Below are positions 19,154 through 32,418 of a stretch of DNA of 64,000 nucleotides, piece after piece. Source of the DNA: Candidatus Omnitrophota bacterium (lineage in GTDB: Bacteria; Omnitrophota; Gorgyraeia; 2-01-FULL-45-10); assembly GCA_026387175.1 (NCBI GenBank), contig JAPLME010000012.1:5849-69848 (forward strand), given 5' to 3'. Each line of letters opens with the position of its first letter. The first letter of the stretch is position 1. A program made the translations under genes and the position numbers. The notes beneath the pieces are model-generated. The model searched no databases. It worked only from the letters and a program-made list of their open reading frames with translations, and had not been told where the DNA came from.

Positions 19154-19216
19154 TGTGCACAACATGTGCATAACTTGTTATTTTGTGTGGGACTGGCTTA
19201 ATATTATTGTGGATAA
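19154..19216. promoter_or_regulatory. Replication origin region: DnaA-box cluster upstream of dnaA
   Basis: Perfect TGTGGATAA at 19208-19216, plus variants TGTGCATAA (19165-19173) and TGTGCACAA (19154-19162), with AT-rich tracts at 19060-19120. Classic rpmH/dnaA divergent arrangement. Confidence 0.6.
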
Positions 19217-19234
19217 CTGCAGATTGGCGGACAA

Positions 19235-20608
19235 ATGAGCGATTCCGGCAGCGTCTGGACAAAAGCACTGGATATTATCAGAAAAGAGCTCGATAATGAG
19301 CAGACGTTCAATATCTGGTTCAGCCCTATCAAGTGTTCCTCGTGTACGTCGGAGAAAATGATCCTGGAGGTGCCAAACAAGTTTTTCCAGGACTGGTTAT
19401 TGAACAGATATATGGATGTCCTGAATTCCGGCGCCAGGAAAGCCTGCGGCGCGGAAATCAAGATAGAATTTATCTTCGGTGCCGACGAGTCGGCCAACAC
19501 GGAAATCGAGGCGGCAAAGAAAGAGGAGACGAAAAAAGAAGTTAAAGGTTTTTGGCCGTTTTCGAAACACGCTCCGGACCACGCCAGAGAACTGGGGCTC
19601 GACCCCAAGTATACATTCGATAGTTTTGTTATCGGGTCTTCCAACCGCTTTGCCCATGCCGCGGCCATGGCGGTCTCCGATTCTCCGGCGAAAGCCTATA
19701 ATCCTCTCTTTATATACGGCGGCACAGGGCTGGGTAAGACGCATCTTATGCACGCCATAGGGGATCGTGTTCTCGCGAAGAGCCCAAAGACAAAAGTCCT
19801 GTACATTTCGAGCGAGGACTTCACCAACCAGATGATAAGCGCCATCCAAAACCGATCGATGATCAAGTTCAGGGAGAAGTACCGCAGCGTCGATATCCTT
19901 CTGATAGACGATGTGCATTTCATCGCCGGCAAAGATTCCACGCAGGAAGAGTTCTTCCATACTTTTAACACTTTATACGACGCGCACAAACAGATCGTCG
20001 TGACGAGCGACCGCCCCCCGAAGGAGATAAACAAGCTGGAGGAACGGCTCGTATCCAGGTTTTTGTACGGACTCGTGACGGATGTCCAGCCGCCTGATTT
20101 TGAGACGAGGATAGCTATATTAAAGAGGAAGTCCGAAATAGCGGCATTGACTCTGCCTGAAGATGTTTTTTATTTTCTTGCGGAAAAGGTTAAGACCAAT
20201 ATCAGGGAGCTGGAGGGCGCGCTTATACGTGTGGTCGCATATTCGAAGCTTATAGGAAAAGAGGTCTCCGTCGACCTCGCTAAGGAAGTGTTGAAGGACA
20301 TGATCATAGAGGGTGAGAAGAAGATCACCATAGACCTTATACAAAAGAAGGTGAGCGAGTATTTCGATATAAAACTTTCCGATATGAGAGCGAAGAAGCG
20401 CTCGAAGGCAATAGCATACCCGCGTCAGGTGGCGATGTATCTCGCCAGGCAGCTCACTGATTATTCACTTCCGGAGATAGGAGACCAGTTTGGGGGGCGC
20501 GACCATACTACGGTAATACACGCCTGCACTAAAGTGGAAGGTGATTTAAAGAGTAAAGACGGTTTTAAGGTTTTGTTGGGGCGATTAATAGAAAGTATTA
20601 AAGGATAA
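19235..20608 (+). CDS. dnaA: Chromosomal replication initiator protein DnaA
   Basis: AAA+ Walker A GGTGLGKTHL; domain IV DNA-binding region VAMYLARQLT. Confidence 0.95.
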   Translation: MSDSGSVWTKALDIIRKELDNEQTFNIWFSPIKCSSCTSEKMILEVPNKFFQDWLLNRYMDVLNSGARKACGAEIKIEFIFGADESANTEIEAAKKEETKKEVKGFWPFSKHAPDHARELGLDPKYTFDSFVIGSSNRFAHAAAMAVSDSPAKAYNPLFIYGGTGLGKTHLMHAIGDRVLAKSPKTKVLYISSEDFTNQMISAIQNRSMIKFREKYRSVDILLIDDVHFIAGKDSTQEEFFHTFNTLYDAHKQIVVTSDRPPKEINKLEERLVSRFLYGLVTDVQPPDFETRIAILKRKSEIAALTLPEDVFYFLAEKVKTNIRELEGALIRVVAYSKLIGKEVSVDLAKEVLKDMIIEGEKKITIDLIQKKVSEYFDIKLSDMRAKKRSKAIAYPRQVAMYLARQLTDYSLPEIGDQFGGRDHTTVIHACTKVEGDLKSKDGFKVLLGRLIESIKG

Positions 20609-20629
20609 GCCTGGGTATCCTGTTTGGCG

Positions 20630-20717
20630 TGTTGATAAGTTTTTTGGTTTTGGGTAGCGGTGGGTTTTTATAATATATTGCGGTGTAGATAGTTAACACG
20701 TTATACACTTATCCACA
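20630..20717. promoter_or_regulatory. DnaA-box cluster and AT-rich tract between dnaA and dnaN
   Basis: Perfect TTATCCACA at 20709-20717, adjacent TTATACACT (20701-20709) and TGTTGATAA (20630-20638), followed by an AT-rich stretch at 20731-20763. Confidence 0.55.
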
Positions 20718-21835
20718 GGTATTACTACGGCTATTGCTATTTTTTAATTTAGTATAATAATCGAAGGGAGTAGAGGGAATGAAATTTACCGCGCCTAAGG
20801 ATGTGCTGTTAAAAGGTATACAGAGCGTGCAGACGGTGATAGATTCGAAAGCGGTACAGCCGATACTGTCACATATACTGATAAAAGCCGCAACAGACAA
20901 CTTAATATTAACAGCAACGGATTTCAATGTGGGGATAATAACCACGATCCCCGTAAAACCATCGATAATCGGGGCGATAACGGTGCCGGCGAAAAAATTT
21001 TCGGAGATAATTAAGGAGCTGCCGGACGGCGAGGCTATTTCGATATCGGTAAAGAAGAATAATATCATCAACATAGAGTGTGGCAATAGCAACTTCAAAA
21101 TAATGGGGCTGTCGGAAGAGGAATTTTCCAAGCCGCCCGAATTCAAAGACAAAAATTATGTAACATTAAAACAATCCAGGTTAAAGATGATGCTCCGCAG
21201 GACAGGTTTTGCGACGGGCCACGACGAGATAAGGCACGTGTTGAACGGGATATTGTTTGTGTTGAAACCCTCAGGTTTAAGGCTCGTGGCGACCGACGGA
21301 AGATGCCTTGCCATGACGGAAGAAAAGATGCAGCTTCCGAAAACGCTCGAGGGGAAATTTATATTACCGTCGAAAGCTGTAGCTGAGCTCGACAGGATCC
21401 TGGCCGACGACGGAGAGGTGAGGATGTCGGTGGCGGAGAAGCAGGTGATGTTCGATACCGGGGTGACGAAGCTGGTCTCCAGGCTCATCGAGGGCGACTT
21501 TCCTAACTATGAACGCGTGATCCCTGAAGAGACGAAAGAAAAGATAACCGTCTCCAGGCAGGCTCTTCTGGCGGCCATAAAACGCGTCGCGCTCTTCACA
21601 AGCCCCGACTCGATGTTCGTCAGGGTGGATGCGGCCAAGGACAAGATGGTTTTATCGAAGAGTGACCCTCATACGGGAGAAGCTCGCGTAGAGTTAACGG
21701 CGCAGTATAAAGGAAAAGAGCTGTCGATCGGGTTCAACCCCGATTATCTTATAAGCTTATTGAAGAATGTGGACCAGGAGACGATAGCCCTGGAGCTCGT
21801 CGACGCAGAGAAGCCGGGCGTTGTGAGGATCGCGG

Positions 21836-24669
<2,834 letters not shown>

Positions 24670-24749
24670 TTAATTTATAGCTATTACAAGGCCGATATCA
24701 GGGATATCGGCACTTAGCATACAAGAAGGCTTAATAAACTAGGAGTGAT

Positions 24750-27347
24750 ATGTACGCGCTTAATGAAAAAGTAACGCCCAGATGTATAGAAGAGGAGATG
24801 AAGGATTCGTATATAAATTACGCGATGAGCGTAATAGTCGGCAGGGCCCTGCCCGATATACGCGACGGGTTGAAACCCGTGCACAGGAGAGTGCTTTACG
24901 CTATGAGAGAGTTGGGGCTCGAACACAACAAGCCGCACAAGAAGAGCGCCAGGATCGTCGGAGAGGTGCTCGGTAAATATCATCCGCACGGAGACGCCTC
25001 CATCTACGATACACTTGTCCGCATGGCGCAGAGTTTCAGCCTGCGTTACCCGCTTGTCGACGGCCAGGGAAATTTTGGATCTATCGACGGAGATTCCGCG
25101 GCGGCGATGAGGTACACTGAGGCCAGGCTCGAACATATCACGGACTGGATGCTTCTCGACATCGACAAAAACACGGTCGATTTCGCGCCAAACTTCGACG
25201 GGTCTCTGGAGGAGCCGACCGTGCTGCCGTCATGCCTGCCCAACCTCCTGGTAAACGGCTCGAGCGGTATCGCCGTCGGAATGGCGACGAATATCCCCCC
25301 GCATAATTTAAAAGAAGTGGCGGATGCCATAATACATATAATAGAGAACCCCGCATGCGAACCCAAGGAACTATTGAAGAAGATAAAGGGACCCGACTTT
25401 CCGACGGGCGGGATAATAAAAGGATACGAGGGTATAAGGAACGCTTACCTGACGGGCCGCGGGCTCTTAAGGATACACGCGAAGGCCTTTATAGAGGAGA
25501 TGAAGAGCGGGAAAGAGGCCATTATTATTAAAGAGATCCCGTACATGGTCAACAAATCAAACCTCATCGAATCGATCGCCGATCTCGTCCAGGAGAAAAA
25601 GATAGACGGTATCACGGACCTGAGAGACGAATCCGATAAAGACGGAATGCGTATCGTTATAGAGCTGAGGCGCGGGGCTATCGCGCGGGTGGTATTGAAC
25701 CTGCTCTACAAGCATACCCAGATGCAGCAGACATTCGGCGTCATTATGCTGGCTCTCGTCGACGGGCGTCCCAAGGTCCTGAACCTGAAAGACATGCTCG
25801 TCGAATTCATAAAGCACAGGAAAGATATCATTGTGAGGAGGACGCGGTTCGATCTTGAGAAAGCGCAGGACCGGGCGCATATCCTGGAAGGCTTGAAAAT
25901 TGCGCTCAAGAACCTCGATAAGATAATAAAGCTTATAAGGGAATCTAAAGATCCCCAGGTCGCGAAAGCCGCCCTTATCGAAAAGTTTGATCTTTCGGAC
26001 AAGCAGGCGCAGGCGATCCTGGAGATGCAACTGCAGCGTCTCACAAATCTGGAGCGCGAAAAGATCGACAAAGAGTATCTCGAGCTTATAAAGAAGATAG
26101 AGTATTATAAGTCGATACTCGACAGCGAGAAACTGGTATTGCAGATCATCAAAGACGAAACTAAGGAGCTTGCGGAGAAATTCGGCGACGAGAGAAGGAC
26201 TGAAATCGCTCCGGAGGCGGAGGAGCTCGAGATAGAGGATCTGATAACAGAAGAAGACGTTGTTATCACGATGAGCCACGGCGGCTACATTAAGAGGCTT
26301 CCGATCTCCAGCTATCGCAAGCAGCACCGCGGCGGCAGGGGCGTGGCCGGGGCCGATATAAAAGAAGAGGATTTTATAGAGCACTTATTCGTGGCCTCGA
26401 CCCATGACTCGCTGCTCTTCTTTACCGATAAGGGTGTGGTGCACTGGCTTAAAGTTCATGAGATACCCGAAGCGGGGCGCAGCTCTAAAGGTAAAGCGAT
26501 CATAAATCTTCTGGCAATCGGCCCCGGCGAGAAGATAAGCGCCTTTGTGCCCGTGAGAGAATACAAGGATGGGCACTTTCTCGTTATGGCGACAAAGACC
26601 GGTTCGATAAAGAAAACGGATCTTCAGGCCTATTCGAACCCACGCAAGGGGGGCATCATAGGTATGGGGTTGGAAAAAGGGGATGAGCTCATCGGCGTCA
26701 AAATGACCAACGGCTCCAATGAGATACTGCTCGCCACTCGCGAAGGCAAAGCCATACGCTTCAAGGAAGAGCAGGTGCGCGATATGGGCCGCTCCGCGAA
26801 AGGCGTGCGCGGAATAAGGCTGGGCAAGAAAGACGCCGTTATAGCCATGGAGATAGTGGACCCCGACCAGACGATCCTTACCGTCACGGGCCTGGGATTT
26901 GGGAAGAGGACCTTATTCAAGGAATACAGGTTGCAAACCCGAGGCGGGAAAGGTATTATAAATATTAAAGTTACGGGTAGGAATGGCGAGGCCGTGGGCT
27001 TAAGGACCGTTTCGGATAAAGACGAGCTTATGCTCGTCACCGAAAAGGGAATGGTGGTCCGCTGCCCGGTGAAAGACGTTCGTACCACAGGCCGTTCCAC
27101 TCAAGGGGTCAGGCTGATGAAGCTTGACGCTCATGACGTGGTGGCGTCGATGGCTAAGATAGTGCCTGAAGAGGAAACGGAGAAAGTGGTAGAGGCCATT
27201 CCTGCCGCTATTCCTCAAGATAGCGTAAAAGCGCCTGAGCCGCAAAAAGCCGAAGTGAAAGAAACGAAAAAAGAGCCTGTCAAGGAAGCGGCTCCGGGAA
27301 AGAAGCCCGCGGCAAAGCCAAAGGCTAAAAAAATCAAAAGAAAATAA
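24750..27347 (+). CDS. gyrA: DNA gyrase subunit A
   Basis: Active-site region [11 protein letters not shown], GyrA box, beta-pinwheel C-terminal domain, and a Lys/Pro-rich C-terminal tail. Confidence 0.95.
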   Translation: MYALNEKVTPRCIEEEMKDSYINYAMSVIVGRALPDIRDGLKPVHRRVLYAMRELGLEHNKPHKKSARIVGEVLGKYHPHGDASIYDTLVRMAQSFSLRYPLVDGQGNFGSIDGDSAAAMRYTEARLEHITDWMLLDIDKNTVDFAPNFDGSLEEPTVLPSCLPNLLVNGSSGIAVGMATNIPPHNLKEVADAIIHIIENPACEPKELLKKIKGPDFPTGGIIKGYEGIRNAYLTGRGLLRIHAKAFIEEMKSGKEAIIIKEIPYMVNKSNLIESIADLVQEKKIDGITDLRDESDKDGMRIVIELRRGAIARVVLNLLYKHTQMQQTFGVIMLALVDGRPKVLNLKDMLVEFIKHRKDIIVRRTRFDLEKAQDRAHILEGLKIALKNLDKIIKLIRESKDPQVAKAALIEKFDLSDKQAQAILEMQLQRLTNLEREKIDKEYLELIKKIEYYKSILDSEKLVLQIIKDETKELAEKFGDERRTEIAPEAEELEIEDLITEEDVVITMSHGGYIKRLPISSYRKQHRGGRGVAGADIKEEDFIEHLFVASTHDSLLFFTDKGVVHWLKVHEIPEAGRSSKGKAIINLLAIGPGEKISAFVPVREYKDGHFLVMATKTGSIKKTDLQAYSNPRKGGIIGMGLEKGDELIGVKMTNGSNEILLATREGKAIRFKEEQVRDMGRSAKGVRGIRLGKKDAVIAMEIVDPDQTILTVTGLGFGKRTLFKEYRLQTRGGKGIINIKVTGRNGEAVGLRTVSDKDELMLVTEKGMVVRCPVKDVRTTGRSTQGVRLMKLDAHDVVASMAKIVPEEETEKVVEAIPAAIPQDSVKAPEPQKAEVKETKKEPVKEAAPGKKPAAKPKAKKIKRK

Positions 27348-27353
27348 TTCAGC

Positions 27354-27431
27354 GTCCCCATCGTCTAGTCTGGCCTAGGACATCAGATTTTCATTCTGAC
27401 GACCGGGGTTCGAATCCCCGTGGGGACGCCA
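27354..27431 (+). tRNA. tRNA-Glu (anticodon TTC)
   Basis: GTCCCCATCGTCTAGTCTGGCCTAGGACATCAGATTTTCATTCTGA...CGGGGTTCGAATCCCCGTGGGGACGCCA. Confidence 0.8.
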
Positions 27432-27442
27432 TTCTACACGAT

Positions 27443-27532
27443 GGGGCCATCCCAAAAAGGGACACCCTGCAATCTCAACCCCCGCCCCTTTAAGTTTATT
27501 TATTACAGGGTGTCCCTTTTTGGGATGGCCCC
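27443..27532. repeat. GGGGCCATCC-family palindromic repeat: perfect 27-bp inverted repeat with a ~36-nt loop
   Basis: Left arm ggggccatcccaaaaagggacaccctg; right arm cagggtgtccctttttgggatggcccc. The same terminal motif recurs at 45016, 45575 and 48724. Confidence 0.7.
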
Positions 27533-27544
27533 CGTGGAGCCAGG

Positions 27545-28630
27545 ATGCAGATTGTAAATGGACAAATAATTTTACAAAGCGCCATAGTAAAAAATACCAC
27601 CCTTCTTATCGAAAACGGCAGGATAAAACGCCTCGGCAAAGCCGCCGCATTTCATAATGCGGATACGATCGACGCGAAAGGTTTTTTCATCTCGCCGGGC
27701 TTTATCGATTCCCATATTCACGGCGATCCGGCGAAAATATTCCCATACGAAATAAGATACGGCACCACGGCGATAGTCCCCGCCATATCATGCGGCTTGC
27801 CCGGAGACATCGCGAGGTCGGTAAATTCGATCAAACATTTTAGAGATACCGACGCGCTTGGCCCTTCTGCGCTGGGCTTGAGGCTCGAAGGGCCATTCAT
27901 CAGCAAAGAGAAATCGGGCGCTCAAGATAAAAGATTTATAAAGCCGCCCTCTCCGCGTGAACTCCGCGGGATAATTAAAAGATGCGGGGGTCTTCTAAGG
28001 ATCGTGACTCTTGCGCCCGAGCTCAAAGGCGCCGGAGAGCTGATACGGATTTTAAGGAAAAACGGTATAATAGCGTCGATGGGGCACACAAATGCCGGTT
28101 ATGAAGAGGGGATCAAAGGCATAGATGCCGGCATGACTCATGCCACGCATTTGTTTAACGGGATGCGCCGTGTTTCCAGCAATGAAGACAGCGCCGCGAT
28201 CGCATGCCTGGCCGATAAACATGTCTGGATCGAGATCATATGCGATTTAATACATGTTCGGGCGGCATTATTGCGTCTGGCGATTGCCGCAAAGCGCAAA
28301 AATATAATATTAATAACCGACTCGGTGCGGGCTGAGGCGCATGGCTGCGGGATAAGCGGGGGAGTATACAGGCTAAAGGACGGCACCATAGCAGGCTCAC
28401 GCCTTACGATGATAGAAGCAGTAAAGAACGCGGTGCGATCCTGTGGAGTCCAGCTCAAAGACGCGGTGGCTTTCGCGACGATAAATCCGGCCAGGCTCCT
28501 GGGCATTGACGCTTTTAAAGGATCCATCGCGCGGGGGAAAGATGCCGATATCGTAATATTCGACAAAAATTTTGATGTAAAAATGACGATCGCGCGTGGT
28601 AAAATAGCCTATCGGAAAAGAGGTTTTTGA
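27545..28630 (+). CDS. nagA: N-acetylglucosamine-6-phosphate deacetylase
   Basis: Amidohydrolase metal-binding motifs GFIDSHIHG and HTNAG...HLFN. Confidence 0.8.
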   Translation: MQIVNGQIILQSAIVKNTTLLIENGRIKRLGKAAAFHNADTIDAKGFFISPGFIDSHIHGDPAKIFPYEIRYGTTAIVPAISCGLPGDIARSVNSIKHFRDTDALGPSALGLRLEGPFISKEKSGAQDKRFIKPPSPRELRGIIKRCGGLLRIVTLAPELKGAGELIRILRKNGIIASMGHTNAGYEEGIKGIDAGMTHATHLFNGMRRVSSNEDSAAIACLADKHVWIEIICDLIHVRAALLRLAIAAKRKNIILITDSVRAEAHGCGISGGVYRLKDGTIAGSRLTMIEAVKNAVRSCGVQLKDAVAFATINPARLLGIDAFKGSIARGKDADIVIFDKNFDVKMTIARGKIAYRKRGF

Positions 28631-28634
28631 TAGT

Positions 28635-30497
28635 ATGTGCGGAATAGTAGGATATGTGGGAAGCAAAAAGGCCCAGGATGTGATTCTGAAAGGCCTGAGC
28701 CGTCTTGAATACAGAGGCTATGATTCCGCCGGCGCGGCGATACTCAATACCGCCGGCAAGGTAAGCATAGTGAAGAAGCAGGGAAAATTGAAGGTTCTTG
28801 CCTCAGAACTTTCCGGCAACCCTATCGAAGGCAGTGTCGGAATAGGTCACACCAGATGGGCCACCCATGGCGTTCCCAGTGATGCCAATGCCCACCCTCA
28901 CCGCGATTGCGCCGGAAAGATAGCGGTGGTGCATAACGGTATAATCGAGAACTATCTCAAGCTTAAGAACGAGTTAAAAAAGAGAGGGCACAAATTCGTC
29001 TCGGAAACGGATACCGAAGTAATACCTCATCTCGTGGAGGAGCTTTATAAGAATGACCTGGAAGAAGCGGTGCGTAGAGCCGTCAAGATGCTGAAGGGCT
29101 CTTATGCCATCGCGGTGATCCATAAAGACGAGCCGTGGAAAGTGGTAGGGGCCAGGCTCGATTCGCCTCTCATAGTCGGGGTCGGCAAAGACGAAAATTT
29201 CCTCGCAAGCGATGTGCCGGCTATCCTGGACTACACGCATGATGTCATATATCTCGATAATTACGATATAGTGACGATCACGAAGGAGTCCGTGACCGTG
29301 AAAGATACGGCGGGCCGTATTGTACAAAAGAAACCTTCCAGAATAAAATGGGATATAAGCCAGGCGGAAAAGGCCGGCTATAAACACTTTATGCTGAAGG
29401 AGATATTCGAACAGGGAGATGTAGTAGAAAAGATCATAGATGAAAGGATAAAGGACGGCAGAGTCGAATTCGACGAGCTTAAGATAAAAGAAGCGGATTT
29501 TAAACGTTTTAAGAATATAGCGATAGTGGCGTGCGGCACCGCCTATCATGCCGGGCTTACCGGCAAATATATGATAGAGGAGTATGTGAAGGTCCCCTGC
29601 CTCGTCGATACTTCAAGCGAGTTCCGCTACCGGAGCCCGGTGGTGGATAAAGATACGCTCGTCATCATAGTATCGCAGTCGGGCGAAACGGCGGATAGCC
29701 TTGCGGCCCTCAGAGAAGCCAGGAAGAAGGGATGTAAGGTGCTCGCGATCTGTAACGTGCTGGGCAGTTCGATCGCTCGAGAAGCTCACGGCGTCATATA
29801 TACGCATGCTGGCCCCGAGATAGCGGTGGCGTCTACCAAGGCCTATACCGCGCAGCTTGCGATATTCTATCTGATCACGCTGTATCTCGCGTGTATCAAA
29901 AGGACGATCTCTCCACCCGGGTTAAGGACGCTTATCAAAGAATTTAAAAAATGCGCCGCGCTGATGAACGGGCTCCTGGACGAATACAGGTCCGATTATA
30001 ATATACTGGCGGCGTATGCCCAGGAGTTTAAAAAATATTACCACTCGAAACACAATAAATCGTATTTCTTATATATGGCGCGCAATATAAATTATCCAAA
30101 CGCGCTTGAGGGCGCGCTGAAACTGAAAGAGATATCTTATATCAGCGCCGAAGGGTATCCTGCCGGTGAAATGAAACACGGGCCGATAGCGCTTATCGAC
30201 GAGAACCCGTGGGTCGTCTGTATCGCGGTAAAGTCAAAGACCTACGATAAGATGCTTTCGAATATACAGGAGATAAAGACGCGCGGCGGCATAGTGATAG
30301 CTATGGTTACCGAAGGCGACAAAGAGATAATGCACCATAATGTGAACTACACTATCGAAATACCATCGGTAGAAGAGCTCTTCTCGCCGCTTCTGGCGGT
30401 GATCCCGCTTCAGCTTTTGGCCTACTATGTGGCGTTTGAATTCGGGTATGATATCGATCAACCCAGAAATCTCGCCAAATCCGTAACGGTAGAATAG
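28635..30497 (+). CDS. glmS: Glutamine--fructose-6-phosphate aminotransferase
   Basis: N-terminal MCGIVGYVG (Ntn glutaminase) and two SIS domains; ends with ...KSVTVE. Confidence 0.95.
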   Translation: MCGIVGYVGSKKAQDVILKGLSRLEYRGYDSAGAAILNTAGKVSIVKKQGKLKVLASELSGNPIEGSVGIGHTRWATHGVPSDANAHPHRDCAGKIAVVHNGIIENYLKLKNELKKRGHKFVSETDTEVIPHLVEELYKNDLEEAVRRAVKMLKGSYAIAVIHKDEPWKVVGARLDSPLIVGVGKDENFLASDVPAILDYTHDVIYLDNYDIVTITKESVTVKDTAGRIVQKKPSRIKWDISQAEKAGYKHFMLKEIFEQGDVVEKIIDERIKDGRVEFDELKIKEADFKRFKNIAIVACGTAYHAGLTGKYMIEEYVKVPCLVDTSSEFRYRSPVVDKDTLVIIVSQSGETADSLAALREARKKGCKVLAICNVLGSSIAREAHGVIYTHAGPEIAVASTKAYTAQLAIFYLITLYLACIKRTISPPGLRTLIKEFKKCAALMNGLLDEYRSDYNILAAYAQEFKKYYHSKHNKSYFLYMARNINYPNALEGALKLKEISYISAEGYPAGEMKHGPIALIDENPWVVCIAVKSKTYDKMLSNIQEIKTRGGIVIAMVTEGDKEIMHHNVNYTIEIPSVEELFSPLLAVIPLQLLAYYVAFEFGYDIDQPRNLAKSVTVE

Positions 30498-30502
30498 CGG
30501 TT

Positions 30503-31165
30503 ATGCCCGGGACTCTCTACATAGTCTCCACCCCCATTGGTAATCTGGCCGACATGACACTTCGCGGGATCGAGACATTAAAATCCGTGGATCTTATAGC
30601 CGCGGAGGACACTCGCCACACCAGGATACTGCTGGGCCACTATCAGATAGCCACCGGGATGACCAGCTACTTCGAATACAATAAGATCCAGAAGACAGAA
30701 TATCTCTTAAAGATTTTACAGGAAGGGAAGTCGGTCGCCCTTGTCTCCGACGCCGGCACCCCCGGTATTTCAGATCCCGGATACAGGGTGATCCGGATGT
30801 GCATAGATAACAAGATACCGGTCGTACCGATACCGGGTGCGTCGGGCCTCTTGACGGCTCTCGTCGTATCGGGCAAACCCACCGATAAATTCACATTCGA
30901 GGGATTCCTGTCTAATAAACCCATAAAGAGAAAAAACCAGTTGAAGAAGCTTAAAAGCGAAGAGAGGACCGCGGTGCTCTACGAGTCGCCTCACAGGATA
31001 CTTAAATTACTGGCGGATATACTTGAGGTGTACGGCGACATCGAGATTGTCGTAGCGAGGGAATTGACCAAGAAATTCGAGGAGCTCAGGCGAGAAAAGG
31101 TGACGGACGCGCTCGGGCATTTTAAATCCGCTTCGCCCCGGGGCGAATTTATAGTGATAATTTAA
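30503..31165 (+). CDS. rsmI: 16S rRNA (cytidine1402-2'-O)-methyltransferase RsmI-like (tetrapyrrole-methylase fold)
   Basis: MPGTLYIVSTPIGNLADMTLRGIETLKSVDLIAAEDTRHTRILL. Confidence 0.7.
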   Translation: MPGTLYIVSTPIGNLADMTLRGIETLKSVDLIAAEDTRHTRILLGHYQIATGMTSYFEYNKIQKTEYLLKILQEGKSVALVSDAGTPGISDPGYRVIRMCIDNKIPVVPIPGASGLLTALVVSGKPTDKFTFEGFLSNKPIKRKNQLKKLKSEERTAVLYESPHRILKLLADILEVYGDIEIVVARELTKKFEELRREKVTDALGHFKSASPRGEFIVII

Positions 31166-32257
31166 ATGGCGACGACAAAGAGAAATATAAAAGCGCTATT
31201 TTTAACGAAATATTCGCGCGAAGGCGCCAGCACCAGATACAGGTTTCTGCAATACTTCCCTTATCTGGAGGCCGAAGGCGTACGGTGCACCTTCTCATCG
31301 CTTACGGACGCGTCGTATTTAAAAAACCTCTACGCTATTAAAAGAGGAACGCCCGGTGATTATACTAGAGCGTTTTTCCGCAGGGTGAAAGCGTTCCTGG
31401 GCGTCCGTAAATATGATATAGTGGTGATAGAATATGAGATTTTGCCTTATTTCCCGCCGGTCCTGGAAACGGCCCTGAAGGCATTAAAGATCCCCTATAT
31501 CGTCAATTACGATGACGCGGTATTTTACAGGTACAGCCAGAGCCCGAAGCCATGGGTGAGAGCGCTCCTGGGCAATAAGATAGACGTGGTGATGCGTAAC
31601 GCGAACCTTGTCATTGCCGGTAACCAATATTTGGCTGACTATGCCGCGAAAAAAGCAGGGGCTCCCCATGTCGAGATACTGCCCACGGCAGTGGATATAA
31701 AAAGATATCCGCTTATCTCCCCGCGCAAAGAGAACCCGATATTCACGATCGGCTGGATAGGATCGCCGTCCACAGCGAAGTATTTAACCGATATCGCTCC
31801 GGCGCTTGCCAGAGTATGCGAGGGAGGTAGAGGCAAAGTGGTTTTAATCGGCTCAGGCCCTGTGAAGCTTGAAGGCCTCCCGGCTGAGGTTAGGCCATGG
31901 AGCGAAGAAACCGAGGTGCGGGACCTTGAGTCGTGCGATGCGGGGATAATGCCGCTTTACGACGGATTATGGGAGAAGGGCAAATGCGGGCTCAAGACCA
32001 TTCAGTACATGGCGTGCGCTCTTCCCGTAGTCGTGTCCCCTGTAGGCGTAAACAGGGAGATCGTTGAGGATGGCGCGACCGGCATTCTGGCGTCTAGTAA
32101 CGACGAATGGGTTCGCGCCCTTACAACGTTAAGAGATGATAAGGCATTAAGAGGCCGACTGGGACTTGCCGGGCGTAAAAGGGTGGAGGAGAGGTATTCG
32201 GTGCAGGTGGCTGCGCCAAAATTCGCGAAACTCATCATAGAAGCGTCTGGAAAATAA
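31166..32257 (+). CDS. Glycosyltransferase, GT4/GT1-type (group 1)
   Basis: C-terminal Rossmann domain with the EX7E-like region (GLKTIQYMACALPVVVSPVG...EDGATGIL). Confidence 0.65.
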   Translation: MATTKRNIKALFLTKYSREGASTRYRFLQYFPYLEAEGVRCTFSSLTDASYLKNLYAIKRGTPGDYTRAFFRRVKAFLGVRKYDIVVIEYEILPYFPPVLETALKALKIPYIVNYDDAVFYRYSQSPKPWVRALLGNKIDVVMRNANLVIAGNQYLADYAAKKAGAPHVEILPTAVDIKRYPLISPRKENPIFTIGWIGSPSTAKYLTDIAPALARVCEGGRGKVVLIGSGPVKLEGLPAEVRPWSEETEVRDLESCDAGIMPLYDGLWEKGKCGLKTIQYMACALPVVVSPVGVNREIVEDGATGILASSNDEWVRALTTLRDDKALRGRLGLAGRKRVEERYSVQVAAPKFAKLIIEASGK

Positions 32258-32260
32258 AAG

Positions 32261-32288
32261 TTGACACCGGCGTGAGATATGGTATAAT
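32261..32288 (+). promoter_or_regulatory. Sigma-70-like promoter for the pyr operon
   Basis: TTGACA (32261-32266), 16-nt spacer, TATAAT (32283-32288). Confidence 0.5.
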
Positions 32289-32315
32289 AGAGTCCGGTTC
32301 AGATCAAAACCTTTT

Positions 32316-32350
32316 AAAGATCGGTCCTTGAGAGGCCGGAAAAGGAGAAG
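32316..32350 (+). promoter_or_regulatory. PyrR-binding RNA element (pyr leader attenuator)
   Basis: GGUCCUUGAGAGGCCGGAAAAGGAG resembles the conserved PyrR binding loop (UCCAGAGAGGCU...AAGG). Lies in the 5' leader of pyrR, followed by a weak hairpin plus U-tract. Confidence 0.5.
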
Positions 32351-32418
32351 AATAAGATGAGACTGCCCATTTATCTGTTTAAGGTAAGTGGGATTTTTTA
32401 TGCCCGGGGAAGGGAGAT

